Shown here: positions 46,221-54,171 of the stretch, one piece after another | How the letters are laid out: the number at the start of each line of letters is the position of its first letter | Numbering within the stretch: the first letter of the stretch is position 1 | IMG/VR virus record: IMGVR_UViG_3300046504_000138 | Coordinates: 6,638 to 70,637 of that record | Source: a virus | Length of the DNA stretch: 64,000 nucleotides | Reading direction: 5' to 3' (one strand) | The notes under the pieces: model-generated | Told to the model about the DNA's origin: nothing | The model's database searches: none | Seen by the model: only the letters and a program-made list of their open reading frames with translations | Program-made: the position numbers and the translations under genes

Positions 46221-47084
46221 ATGGGATATCTTCACATTGAAAATCTTTACAAAAATCAAAGCATTCTTTTATTTAAGGAATGCTATGCTATGGAAAAAAT
46301 TCATGGCACTTCTGCACACATTAGTTGGAATTTCACTAATAAAATTGTGAATTTCAGCAGTGGTGGTGAGAGCCACGAAAACTTCATTAAATTATTTGAT
46401 CAGGAATTTCTCAAAGCCAAATTCGTTGAGGTATTTCCTGATATTGATGTTGTTATCTTCGGTGAAGCATATGCCGGAAAACAGCAAGGTCAATCTCATG
46501 TTTATGGCAAACAATCAAAATTCATCGGTTTTGATGTTAAAGTTGGTGACTATTGGCTTAATGTACCGAATGCAGAAGATGTATGTAAACAATTCAATAT
46601 TGAATTTGTGCATTATAGAAAGATTGAAGTCAATCTTGAAAATCTTACTGCCGAAAGAGATATGGATTCCGTTCAGGCTGTTCGTAATGGCATGGGATAT
46701 GGTCATAAACGTGAAGGCGTAGTTCTTCGTCCTTTAGTTGAAATGCGCATAAACAATGGTGACAGGGTTATTTGCAAATACAAGCCTGACGAACAAATGG
46801 AAACCAAGACCAAGAGAGAAGTCAGTGAAGAACAACTTAAGGTTTTAAGTGATGCAAAAGCAATTGCCGAAGAATGGGTAACTAATCTCAGGCTTGAACA
46901 TGTGTTACAGAAATTCCTTGCTGATGTCAGTATGGAATCAATGGGTGAAGTAATTAAAGCAATGGTTGAAGATGTTTACAGGGAAGGCAAAGGTGAAATA
47001 GTTGAAAGCAAAGAAGTAAGCAAAGCCATTGGCGGTAAAGCCGTACAACTTTTCAAACAGAAACTTAATAGCACGTTAAAATAA
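46221..47084 (+). CDS. RNA ligase, Rnl2 family
   Basis: Motifs I EKIHGT, III FGE, IIIa FDV, IV EGVVLRP and V KYK. Confidence 0.85.
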   Translation: MGYLHIENLYKNQSILLFKECYAMEKIHGTSAHISWNFTNKIVNFSSGGESHENFIKLFDQEFLKAKFVEVFPDIDVVIFGEAYAGKQQGQSHVYGKQSKFIGFDVKVGDYWLNVPNAEDVCKQFNIEFVHYRKIEVNLENLTAERDMDSVQAVRNGMGYGHKREGVVLRPLVEMRINNGDRVICKYKPDEQMETKTKREVSEEQLKVLSDAKAIAEEWVTNLRLEHVLQKFLADVSMESMGEVIKAMVEDVYREGKGEIVESKEVSKAIGGKAVQLFKQKLNSTLK

Positions 47085-47413
47085 TGGAAAAGATTTACGT
47101 ACAAGATAAACGAGACATATCTATATATGATATGTTTAATGGCACTCCTGCAGAAGTCATTGAAAAAATAAAGAAGCAGAGTGCTGATTTGGAAGCCGAA
47201 GGTTGGAAAAATCTTAAATTTGCAATTTATAGTGATTACGAAACTCTTGAGATTATGTACACCGGAGAACGTCTTGAAACCGATGCTGAATTCAATAAAA
47301 GAAAAGGCAGACTTGAAACTAAATTAAAAAAGGATTATGCCAACTTGGAAAAAAGAAAAGCACTTTTTGAAACCTTAAAACAAGAATTTGAAGGCAATGG
47401 AGATAAAAATTAA
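47084..47413 (+). CDS. Hypothetical protein
   Basis: RLETDAEF..R...E....E.LK..F motif common in phage ORFs. Confidence 0.65.
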   Translation: MEKIYVQDKRDISIYDMFNGTPAEVIEKIKKQSADLEAEGWKNLKFAIYSDYETLEIMYTGERLETDAEFNKRKGRLETKLKKDYANLEKRKALFETLKQEFEGNGDKN

Positions 47414-47603
47414 TATTAAGAATTGCAGTGAATGCCCTCATTTTAAAGAAGAACGGGTATATACTGCAGATAGTTTTGAAATGCCTTTTGATTGGTTCTG
47501 CAAAAAAGCACATGGTCGTAAAATTGCAGGTTATGTTGAATGGCATGATAAAGTAGCAATACCCGATTGGTGTCCATGTAAAATAACTGATAAAAAAGAA
47601 TAA
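47397..47603 (+). CDS. Small Cys/Zn-binding protein
   Basis: CSECPH...C...IPDWCP. Confidence 0.7.
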   Translation: MEIKINIKNCSECPHFKEERVYTADSFEMPFDWFCKKAHGRKIAGYVEWHDKVAIPDWCPCKITDKKE

Positions 47604-47604
47604 A

Positions 47605-47634
47605 ATGAGAGACGAATTAGGTGACAGAATGAAG
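47605..47634 (+). pseudogene. Orphaned 5' stub of the Thg1-like gene at 48458
   Basis: MRDELGDRMK versus MVDELGNRMK. Confidence 0.75.
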
Positions 47635-47672
47635 TTTTTTGTTTTATCTACGTATTTATATGGAAAATACGT

Positions 47673-48437
47673 ATGGAAAACAATGACTATTATGTGTATG
47701 TCTATTTTAATCAACTAAAATCGGGACAATGGATTTATAAAGAGCATGTTTTTAATTATCAACCCTTTTACGTTGGTAAGGGTAGAAGAAAAAGAGACAT
47801 CATGCATTTATGTCCATTCATGTTAGCATATAAAAACGTTAAAAATTCAACAATAAAATCAATAATCAGTGAAATTGGAGAAATGCCAATTCATTATAGA
47901 ATATACGAAAATTTGACCAATGAAGAAGCAATTAGCATTGAGATTGATTTTATAAAAACGTTTGGTAGAAAAGATAATGGCACAGGAATTTTATCGAATG
48001 GTACTGATGGTGGTGATGGTGCGAATAATTTTTCTGAGGATATCTTAAAAAAACTTGGCAACAATCGTAGGAAGGTTTATCAGTATAGTCTTGATGGAAT
48101 TTTTATTAAAGAATGGGAAAGTGTTAAATCAACCGAATTAGAATTTAAAAGTAGTGGCGATATTTCTACGGCAATTAAACGAAATGGAACTTATTGTGGA
48201 TATGTTTGGTCATATGAAAAACATGAAAGCATTAAACCAAGGACAAAATATCAACAACCAATAAAATATGAAAATATTAAACAGGTTAATAAAAGAACTA
48301 ACGAAATTATACATACATTTGCAAATGCATTAGAAGCAGAAACCGAATTAAAACTAAATGCTGGTGCAAGAAACAAAATTTGTGATTGCTTGAATAATAA
48401 ATTAAAGACTGCATACGGATATAAATGGAAATTTTAA
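47673..48437 (+). CDS. GIY-YIG-type homing endonuclease with NUMOD1-like repeats
   Basis: YYVYVY...PFYVGKG...R, E...I..FGR...G.L.N.TDGG, VYQYSLDG.FIKEW.S and TAYGYKW motifs. Confidence 0.85.
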   Translation: MENNDYYVYVYFNQLKSGQWIYKEHVFNYQPFYVGKGRRKRDIMHLCPFMLAYKNVKNSTIKSIISEIGEMPIHYRIYENLTNEEAISIEIDFIKTFGRKDNGTGILSNGTDGGDGANNFSEDILKKLGNNRRKVYQYSLDGIFIKEWESVKSTELEFKSSGDISTAIKRNGTYCGYVWSYEKHESIKPRTKYQQPIKYENIKQVNKRTNEIIHTFANALEAETELKLNAGARNKICDCLNNKLKTAYGYKWKF

Positions 48438-48457
48438 ATAAACTAATATTTTGAAAA

Positions 48458-49255
48458 ATGGTTGATGAACTTGGAAATCGCATGAAGAAATTTTATGAGG
48501 ACAGAACAAAAAGTTGGCTTCCACGCAGAACGTATACTATTATCCGTATTGACGGTAAAGCATTCCACACATATACAAGAGGTTTAAAACAACCTTTTGA
48601 TGAAGGTCTTGTCGAAGACATGGACGCAACTGCTTGTTACCTTTGCAAGAACATACAAGGCAGTAAATTTGCATTTGTTCAGAGTGATGAAATCAGTATT
48701 CTTTTAACCGATTTCGATAAAATAGATACAGATGCCTGGTTTGATGGCAACATACAAAAAATGGTAAGTGTTGCTGCAAGTCTGGCTACTGCAAAATTTA
48801 ATCAGTTAAGACTTATTCGAACAAATAATGAAGTTGTTGAATTTACTGGTGCTGATATTGGATTATATAAAATAGCAACTTTTGATGCACGTGCATTTAC
48901 AATACCATGTGATTATGAAGTTGAAAATTATTTTATTTGGAGGCAAAAAGATGCTACAAAAAACAGTATTTCAAGTGTTGCTCTGAGGTTTTATAGTCAT
49001 AAAGAATTGGAAGGTAAAAACGGTGATCAAAAGCAAGAAATGATATTTCAAAAAGGCACTAATTGGAATGATTATGCTCCAATGTTTAAAAGAGGCAGAT
49101 TTATTTTCAAAAAAGAAGTTGAAATGGAAACACCATTTGTTTCAAAGGATAAAAAGCAAACCACTTATATGCGAAATGTTTGGACAAGTGGCGAATGCCC
49201 AATATTTACTCAAGACAGAGAGTTTTTATTAAAATTTATTCCAAAAAATTCTTAA
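48458..49255 (+). CDS. Thg1-like 3'-5' nucleotidyltransferase (tRNA-His guanylyltransferase family)
   Basis: RIDGKAFH, QSDEIS, FDAR, WRQ.DA.KNS and KRG motifs. Confidence 0.92.
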   Translation: MVDELGNRMKKFYEDRTKSWLPRRTYTIIRIDGKAFHTYTRGLKQPFDEGLVEDMDATACYLCKNIQGSKFAFVQSDEISILLTDFDKIDTDAWFDGNIQKMVSVAASLATAKFNQLRLIRTNNEVVEFTGADIGLYKIATFDARAFTIPCDYEVENYFIWRQKDATKNSISSVALRFYSHKELEGKNGDQKQEMIFQKGTNWNDYAPMFKRGRFIFKKEVEMETPFVSKDKKQTTYMRNVWTSGECPIFTQDREFLLKFIPKNS

Positions 49256-49258
49256 TTT

Positions 49259-49288
49259 TGTAACAATTAGGAATCTTTATCGTATAAT
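49259..49288 (+). promoter_or_regulatory. ECF-like promoter TGTAAC-N16-CGTATAAT
   Basis: Exact motif. Confidence 0.8.
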
Positions 49289-49305
49289 GTATAAAACTTA
49301 ATATT

Positions 49306-50736
49306 ATGCCAACAGTCTATCTTGCATTATTAATTCCGATCATAGTAACCGGAATTTTCTATTTTTTCAGAAAATCGCAATTTGTTTGGTGGGAATTCTT
49401 CATTCCTATTGGTGTAGTACTTATATCTGTTGTAATCGCCAAGGCACTTATTGAGCACTCAGCAGTTAAATTCACCGAATATTGGGGTTCAACTGTTACT
49501 GCAATCTATGAAGAAGAACCATATAATTATTGGCATCATGAAACCTGTTCATATACAACTACCGATAGCAAAGGTAATTCAACCACTCATTATTACGACT
49601 GTTCCCATCAAGTTGATGAAGGACCTTCATGGTATGCCAAAACCAATATTGATGAAACGTTTAATATTACTGAACAACAGCATGATGAACTTCTGAGGCA
49701 ATTCGGAACACGCAGGACTATTGTTGATTCTCATGAAAACTATTCTCCACGTGACCATGCAAGTAGCAGTCATGGTACTAAATTCGAAGGTAAAATAGTC
49801 GGTAAGACTTCATATGTTTATCAGACAGTATGGGGTGGCACTGACGATACACGCAAAGCATATACAAGTGAACATACTTATATTAATAAGGTCAAGGCAA
49901 GTGATCTGACTATCTTTAATATCAAAATGGTCAAAGAAACTCAGGCAGATAGTCTTGGCTTATTTAGATATCCACCATATGAGGGCGGTGGGTTATTCGG
50001 AATGACAAAAGGTCTTGAATATCCAACCATCTTAGGCGGTAATATCAATAAAGAAACTCAGGAAAAATTCAAGAGACTCAATGGTAAATTTGGTCCAAGT
50101 AATCAATTAAGATTATGGATATTAATATATGAAAATAAACCATTGTCAACTGTAATATTACAAGAAAATTATTGGGTTAGAGGCAACATGAATGAATTAA
50201 TAGTATGCATTGGTAAGAAAGGCAATGAAATTCAATGGTCTCATGCGTTTTCATGGGCATTAAGTGATGTATTGACTGCAGATGTAAAGAACCAAGTAAT
50301 GAATCTCTATACGTATAAGGATAGCACTATTAAGAAAAATATGCCACGAGTAGTTCCGGTAAGTAAAGAAATACAGCATGCGGTAAATAAACTTAGAGTA
50401 AGTAAAGATAAATTACCACCTGCATTGCCTTTACCTAAACAAATCACCGTAGATACCATAATTAAGGTTAAATCGGCATATCCCATGTTAAATGAACAGA
50501 CCTTGAATGACTATTACGACTATCTCAATGTAAATCTTTCGAAGTTCCAAAGAAGATCATTTAAAGAATTTGATTATCTTAGTGTAGAACCTTCAACAGG
50601 TGCAGTGATTTTTATATATATACTTGCACTGATAATTGCAATAGGTGTGAATTTTTGGGTAGTTAATAACGAAATTTATGATGAATCAGCACCTGAGAAT
50701 AAAAATAAATGGAGAAATCCATATAATAGATATTAA
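49306..50736 (+). CDS. Membrane protein with large extracytoplasmic domain
   Basis: Two N-terminal TMs, C..C hairpin, C-terminal TM. Confidence 0.7.
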   Translation: MPTVYLALLIPIIVTGIFYFFRKSQFVWWEFFIPIGVVLISVVIAKALIEHSAVKFTEYWGSTVTAIYEEEPYNYWHHETCSYTTTDSKGNSTTHYYDCSHQVDEGPSWYAKTNIDETFNITEQQHDELLRQFGTRRTIVDSHENYSPRDHASSSHGTKFEGKIVGKTSYVYQTVWGGTDDTRKAYTSEHTYINKVKASDLTIFNIKMVKETQADSLGLFRYPPYEGGGLFGMTKGLEYPTILGGNINKETQEKFKRLNGKFGPSNQLRLWILIYENKPLSTVILQENYWVRGNMNELIVCIGKKGNEIQWSHAFSWALSDVLTADVKNQVMNLYTYKDSTIKKNMPRVVPVSKEIQHAVNKLRVSKDKLPPALPLPKQITVDTIIKVKSAYPMLNEQTLNDYYDYLNVNLSKFQRRSFKEFDYLSVEPSTGAVIFIYILALIIAIGVNFWVVNNEIYDESAPENKNKWRNPYNRY

Positions 50737-50737
50737 A

Positions 50738-50814
50738 ATGAAACACTTTTTTAAAAGAATCTTTAATTGTGCTCTTCACGATTTTAAACCTGTGAGAGAG
50801 TGGATGCTTTGGGG
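50738..50814 (+). pseudogene. 5' half of a phage gene interrupted by the IS607-like element
   Basis: MKHF...VREWMLW-G rejoins in frame with TFGKSGKDPLKY at 53724. Confidence 0.8.
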
Positions 50815-50932
50815 TATAAGAACAGTTCAAGAAAATCTACAAAAAATTAGGAAATATTAAAAAATATTTATATCTTTGTCAAACTTTTTACTAATTTTAT
50901 ACTATTTATATATGAAAAGAAACTTATTAAAA

Positions 50933-51118
50933 ATGATAAAAGAGACAAATTACAAGGTTGTAAGGGTTACAAAGACCGAATTCGAGTTGGATAATGGTGA
51001 CATATATCCACATAACTTCGAACTCGAAGAAGACATCACCGTTGAAGAATTTCAAAAATTACTGGATTCTTCAAAAGAACTAATCGTAGATTTACTGAGG
51101 AAAATTGATGAACAATAA
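50933..51118 (+). CDS. Small hypothetical protein inside the IS left end
   Basis: ORF after TATTTATA (50903), overlapping the tnpA start. Confidence 0.6.
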   Translation: MIKETNYKVVRVTKTEFELDNGDIYPHNFELEEDITVEEFQKLLDSSKELIVDLLRKIDEQ

Positions 51119-51842
51119 TTTACTAAATATAAAAGAAGCATCGGAGTACCTCAATACCTCTAAGGAAACATTAAGGAATTGGGATAAGAGTGGTAAGTTA
51201 CCGTCAATAAAAACTGTTGGTGGTCATAGGAGATACCAAAAGGAAAAACTTGATGAATTCATTGGAATTATAAAGTCAGATGAAACATCGGATGTTGTTG
51301 CCACCTATGCCAGAGTAAGTTCACATGAACAGAAAACCAAAGGTGATTTGGATAGACAATCTCAGAGAATTTCTGAATACTGTGCAAAGAAGAAATTGAA
51401 AGTTGAATATATAATAAAAGATGTTGGGTCAGGATTATCCGATACAAGGTCGGGATTTGTTAAGTTAGGGAATCTGGTTATTGATAAGAAAATCACACAG
51501 GTCATCATCGAGAACAAAGACAGATTAACAAGGTTTCAATATAACTTTGTGGAGAAGATGTTCGGGAGTTACGGAGTTAAAGTAATATGTATCGACAAAC
51601 CAGACGATGAAGGGGATAAAGAGTTTATTAATGACCTTATGATGATAATTGCGTCATTCTCTGGAAGATTATATGGAGCACGAAGTGCTAAAAACAGAAG
51701 AGAAAAGAAATTAAAAGAAAGTAGTATAAATTTTCCATTACCCGATAACGCAAAGCCAGAAGATTATGAATGTCCAATACCTAAGTTTACTGATGACGAT
51801 TTAAGGACTTATGATATGAAAATAATAATGAAAAATAAATAA
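51105..51842 (+). CDS. tnpA: IS607-type serine recombinase (MerR-like HTH + resolvase)
   Basis: TLRNWD..G......T.GGHRRY, YARVSS..QK..DL.RQ, DVGSG, DRLTRF and FSGRLYG.RS motifs. Confidence 0.92.
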   Translation: MMNNNLLNIKEASEYLNTSKETLRNWDKSGKLPSIKTVGGHRRYQKEKLDEFIGIIKSDETSDVVATYARVSSHEQKTKGDLDRQSQRISEYCAKKKLKVEYIIKDVGSGLSDTRSGFVKLGNLVIDKKITQVIIENKDRLTRFQYNFVEKMFGSYGVKVICIDKPDDEGDKEFINDLMMIIASFSGRLYGARSAKNRREKKLKESSINFPLPDNAKPEDYECPIPKFTDDDLRTYDMKIIMKNK

Positions 51843-51844
51843 TT

Positions 51845-52207
51845 ATGGAAAGAACAATTAAATTTAGAGCATGGGACGAAGGTAATAAAATCATGCACAA
51901 CAACTTTCAATTCATTCGTTCAGGTGAAGAAGGTAATGATTGGATAGTATTTACATCCGATAAACAAACTCTTAAAGACAAACAACATCCGTTGGAAAAT
52001 CCTTATTTTCAGCAACAATTGAAAATAATGGAATGGACAGGAATAGAAAATATTTTTGAAGGAGATATTGTCTCGTTAGGTGAAACTGACGGAGAAGGTG
52101 TTGTGAAATATAATGAAGATAGATTTTATGTTGATTACGGAACTATACATACAAGAGTGAGTAAAAATCATAAAGTATTGGGAAACATTTACGAAAAAAC
52201 TGAATAA
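51845..52207 (+). CDS. YopX-like protein (IS cargo)
   Basis: IKFRAWD...M.WTG...IFEGDIV...VLGNIYE. Confidence 0.8.
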   Translation: MERTIKFRAWDEGNKIMHNNFQFIRSGEEGNDWIVFTSDKQTLKDKQHPLENPYFQQQLKIMEWTGIENIFEGDIVSLGETDGEGVVKYNEDRFYVDYGTIHTRVSKNHKVLGNIYEKTE

Positions 52208-52208
52208 T

Positions 52209-52412
52209 ATGAGTGGAGAAGTAGAATTTGGAAAATGTGATATTTGTAAAGAGGACAAACCTCTTGAAAGGACTTACTATCATTATGATATTAAATGTGA
52301 ATGTCATTCACCTCGTCATTTTGAATTGGTTATACATTGTAAAGATTGCGTTCCAAAAGAACCATCGGAAACTAAAATTATACTAAAAACATCAAATCTT
52401 TCAAAAATATAA
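52209..52412 (+). CDS. Small Zn-binding protein (IS cargo)
   Basis: CDIC...CECHS..H....HC.DC. Confidence 0.7.
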   Translation: MSGEVEFGKCDICKEDKPLERTYYHYDIKCECHSPRHFELVIHCKDCVPKEPSETKIILKTSNLSKI

Positions 52413-52414
52413 TC

Positions 52415-52570
52415 ATGAGAACAATAGAAATGAGTTGCTTAAGTTCTAAATATAATGAACTTAGAAAAGGATTAAAAATAACAAATGAATCGCATAGTAA
52501 TCGTGTCATATTGTGGTTTCATTTTATCTGGTTCGCAATAAGATTTTGTACATATAAAACACCTAATTAA
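52415..52570 (+). CDS. Small hypothetical protein (51 aa, IS cargo, not in ORF track)
   Basis: Fills the gap exactly between 52412 and tnpB. Confidence 0.5.
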   Translation: MRTIEMSCLSSKYNELRKGLKITNESHSNRVILWFHFIWFAIRFCTYKTPN

Positions 52571-52572
52571 TA

Positions 52573-53709
52573 ATGAAACTAATCAGGTCAACCAAATGTA
52601 GTTTGAAATTCGCAACAGCGAAGAAGCAAAATGATTTATTAATCATCTTGAGTGAATACTCAAAGGTGGTTAATATCTTCATTGACTATTTCTGGCTGAA
52701 TTCTGAGAAAGCAACAAAAGGAGAACTCCTTAAACCAGTTGTTGACATACCCGAAACTTGGTTATCGGCACGACTACGAAAGGTAGCAGCAAGAGAAGCC
52801 ATCGACATGATTAATGCTTCAAAGATTCGTTGGAAAGAAAAAGCAGCGAAGCCAGTTCATAAAGGTAATAGGATGTATGTTAGTTGTACTATTGCTGACT
52901 TAGTATCAACCAAAAACAATGGTTATAAAACCGAAGACAGCAGACTTTTTGATGCTTGGTTACACATTGCCTCAGTAGGTAATAAAATGATAATGGATTT
53001 ACCGATTAAATATCATAAACACTTCAACAAATATAACAACATCGGTAAGAGATTGAACTCGTATATTATCACGAAGAATTATGTTCAGTTTAGTTTTGAA
53101 ATAATAACACAACCTAAGAAAGAAGACACGAAGTGTATTGGTATAGATACTGGTATAAACGCATTGGCGAGTCTTAACAACGGAAATCAGTATGGTAAAG
53201 ACATTAAAGGTTGCATCGAGAGAGTGAAAAGATGTAAGCAGAAGTCCAAAGGCTATTATGTTGCTAAGAGAGCATTAAAACAACGCATAGATGAAACAGC
53301 AAAGGAAATATTAGTGAAAGAGAATCCTGATTTGATAGTTGTAGAACGATTAAAGAATATGGGATATAAAACAAAAGCCAAATGCTTGTTGGCTAAAAGT
53401 ATCAGGCGTTCTATCGGAACTTGGAATTGGAAGTACTGGTTGAAAAGGTTAGAAGCACAATGCGAGATTAACCGTGTTAGTTTTCGTAGTGTAGCACCTT
53501 ATTACACCAGCACAACCTGTCCAGTATGTGGTCATTCCGATAGGGGAAATCGATTAGGAGAAATGTTCTTGTGTCTCAGTTGTGGTCACGGGGATAATGC
53601 AGATATAAATGCGGGTAAGAACATTTTGAATCGATTTCTCACGGGACTATACGGTGCTCGTTACAAACAGGAAAATCAAGAGAATTTGGTTGTTACCAAT
53701 TTTTTGTAG
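52573..53709 (+). CDS. tnpB: TnpB RNA-guided nuclease
   Basis: RuvC triad GIDTG / VVERL / ADINA intact; CPVC...CLSC zinc ribbon. Confidence 0.92.
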   Translation: MKLIRSTKCSLKFATAKKQNDLLIILSEYSKVVNIFIDYFWLNSEKATKGELLKPVVDIPETWLSARLRKVAAREAIDMINASKIRWKEKAAKPVHKGNRMYVSCTIADLVSTKNNGYKTEDSRLFDAWLHIASVGNKMIMDLPIKYHKHFNKYNNIGKRLNSYIITKNYVQFSFEIITQPKKEDTKCIGIDTGINALASLNNGNQYGKDIKGCIERVKRCKQKSKGYYVAKRALKQRIDETAKEILVKENPDLIVVERLKNMGYKTKAKCLLAKSIRRSIGTWNWKYWLKRLEAQCEINRVSFRSVAPYYTSTTCPVCGHSDRGNRLGEMFLCLSCGHGDNADINAGKNILNRFLTGLYGARYKQENQENLVVTNFL

Positions 53710-53715
53710 ATTTTT

Positions 53716-53907
53716 ATGAACGGTACATTTGGTAAGAGTGGTAAAGACCCTCTAAAATATGTGATATTAAAGAATATGTCTGATGATCATATTAGAGCAA
53801 TTCTTGATACTCAAAAACAAATTACTAATTTCTACCGCATGGAATTTGAAAGAGAATTAATGCGTAGGGCAAGAAAACCTGAACTTTCACTTAAAGAAAC
53901 AACTTGA
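53716..53907 (+). CDS. 3' half of the interrupted gene, given an in-frame ATG by the IS right end
   Basis: ATG AAC GG|T ACA TTT GGT; GTFGKSGKDPLKY...SDDHIRAILDTQ. Confidence 0.65.
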   Translation: MNGTFGKSGKDPLKYVILKNMSDDHIRAILDTQKQITNFYRMEFERELMRRARKPELSLKETT

Positions 53908-54050
53908 AAACGATTGATGAATTAGAATGGGTTCTTGGTGTTCTTGCATTAGGAATATGTTTAGGATTTTTTATGTATTTATATAATCATGAAAAAGAAA
54001 GAAAAAAAGAAATACGTAAAACCGGAAGTGACAAGGATAGTATTGGATAA
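53904..54050 (+). CDS. Possible small single-TM protein (TTG start, not in ORF track)
   Basis: TTGA overlap with the upstream stop; one hydrophobic helix. Confidence 0.4.
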   Translation: MKTIDELEWVLGVLALGICLGFFMYLYNHEKERKKEIRKTGSDKDSIG

Positions 54051-54165
54051 CACATTCAGTTTGTGCATGATGTCGCATCCTGAACATCCACCGCACCCGC
54101 CACATCCACCGCACCCGCCACATAAAGGTGCTTTTGATAGTCCATTTGATAAACCTTTTAATTGA
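53989..54165 (+). CDS. RiPP-precursor-like peptide with YxKP leader and His-Pro-Pro repeats (58 aa, not in ORF track)
   Basis: MKKKEKKKYVKPEVTRIVLDNTFSLCMMSHPEHPPHPPHPPHPPHKGAFDSPFDKPFN. Confidence 0.7.
   Translation: MKKKEKKKYVKPEVTRIVLDNTFSLCMMSHPEHPPHPPHPPHPPHKGAFDSPFDKPFN
54085..54120 (+). repeat. 18-bp tandem repeat x2
   Basis: CATCCACCGCACCCGCCA twice, encoding HPPHPP. Confidence 0.9.
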
Positions 54166-54171
54166 AATATT

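Larger units (their letters stand above)
50815..53723 (+). mobile_element. IS607-family element (serine recombinase + TnpB) carrying cargo genes
   Basis: GG(TA) at both junctions; 22/24-bp subterminal inverted repeat 50825-50848/53698-53721; excision restores an 86-aa ORF. Confidence 0.85.

Noticed and set aside
50815-53723. IStron (group I intron-IS607 chimera)
   Set aside because: The left end is only ~100 nt of AT-rich sequence before the first ORF, with no visible group I core
52573-54120. CRISPR-Cas12 locus
   Set aside because: No repeat-spacer array was seen; the only nearby repeat is a coding 18-bp tandem, and the nuclease lies within IS ends
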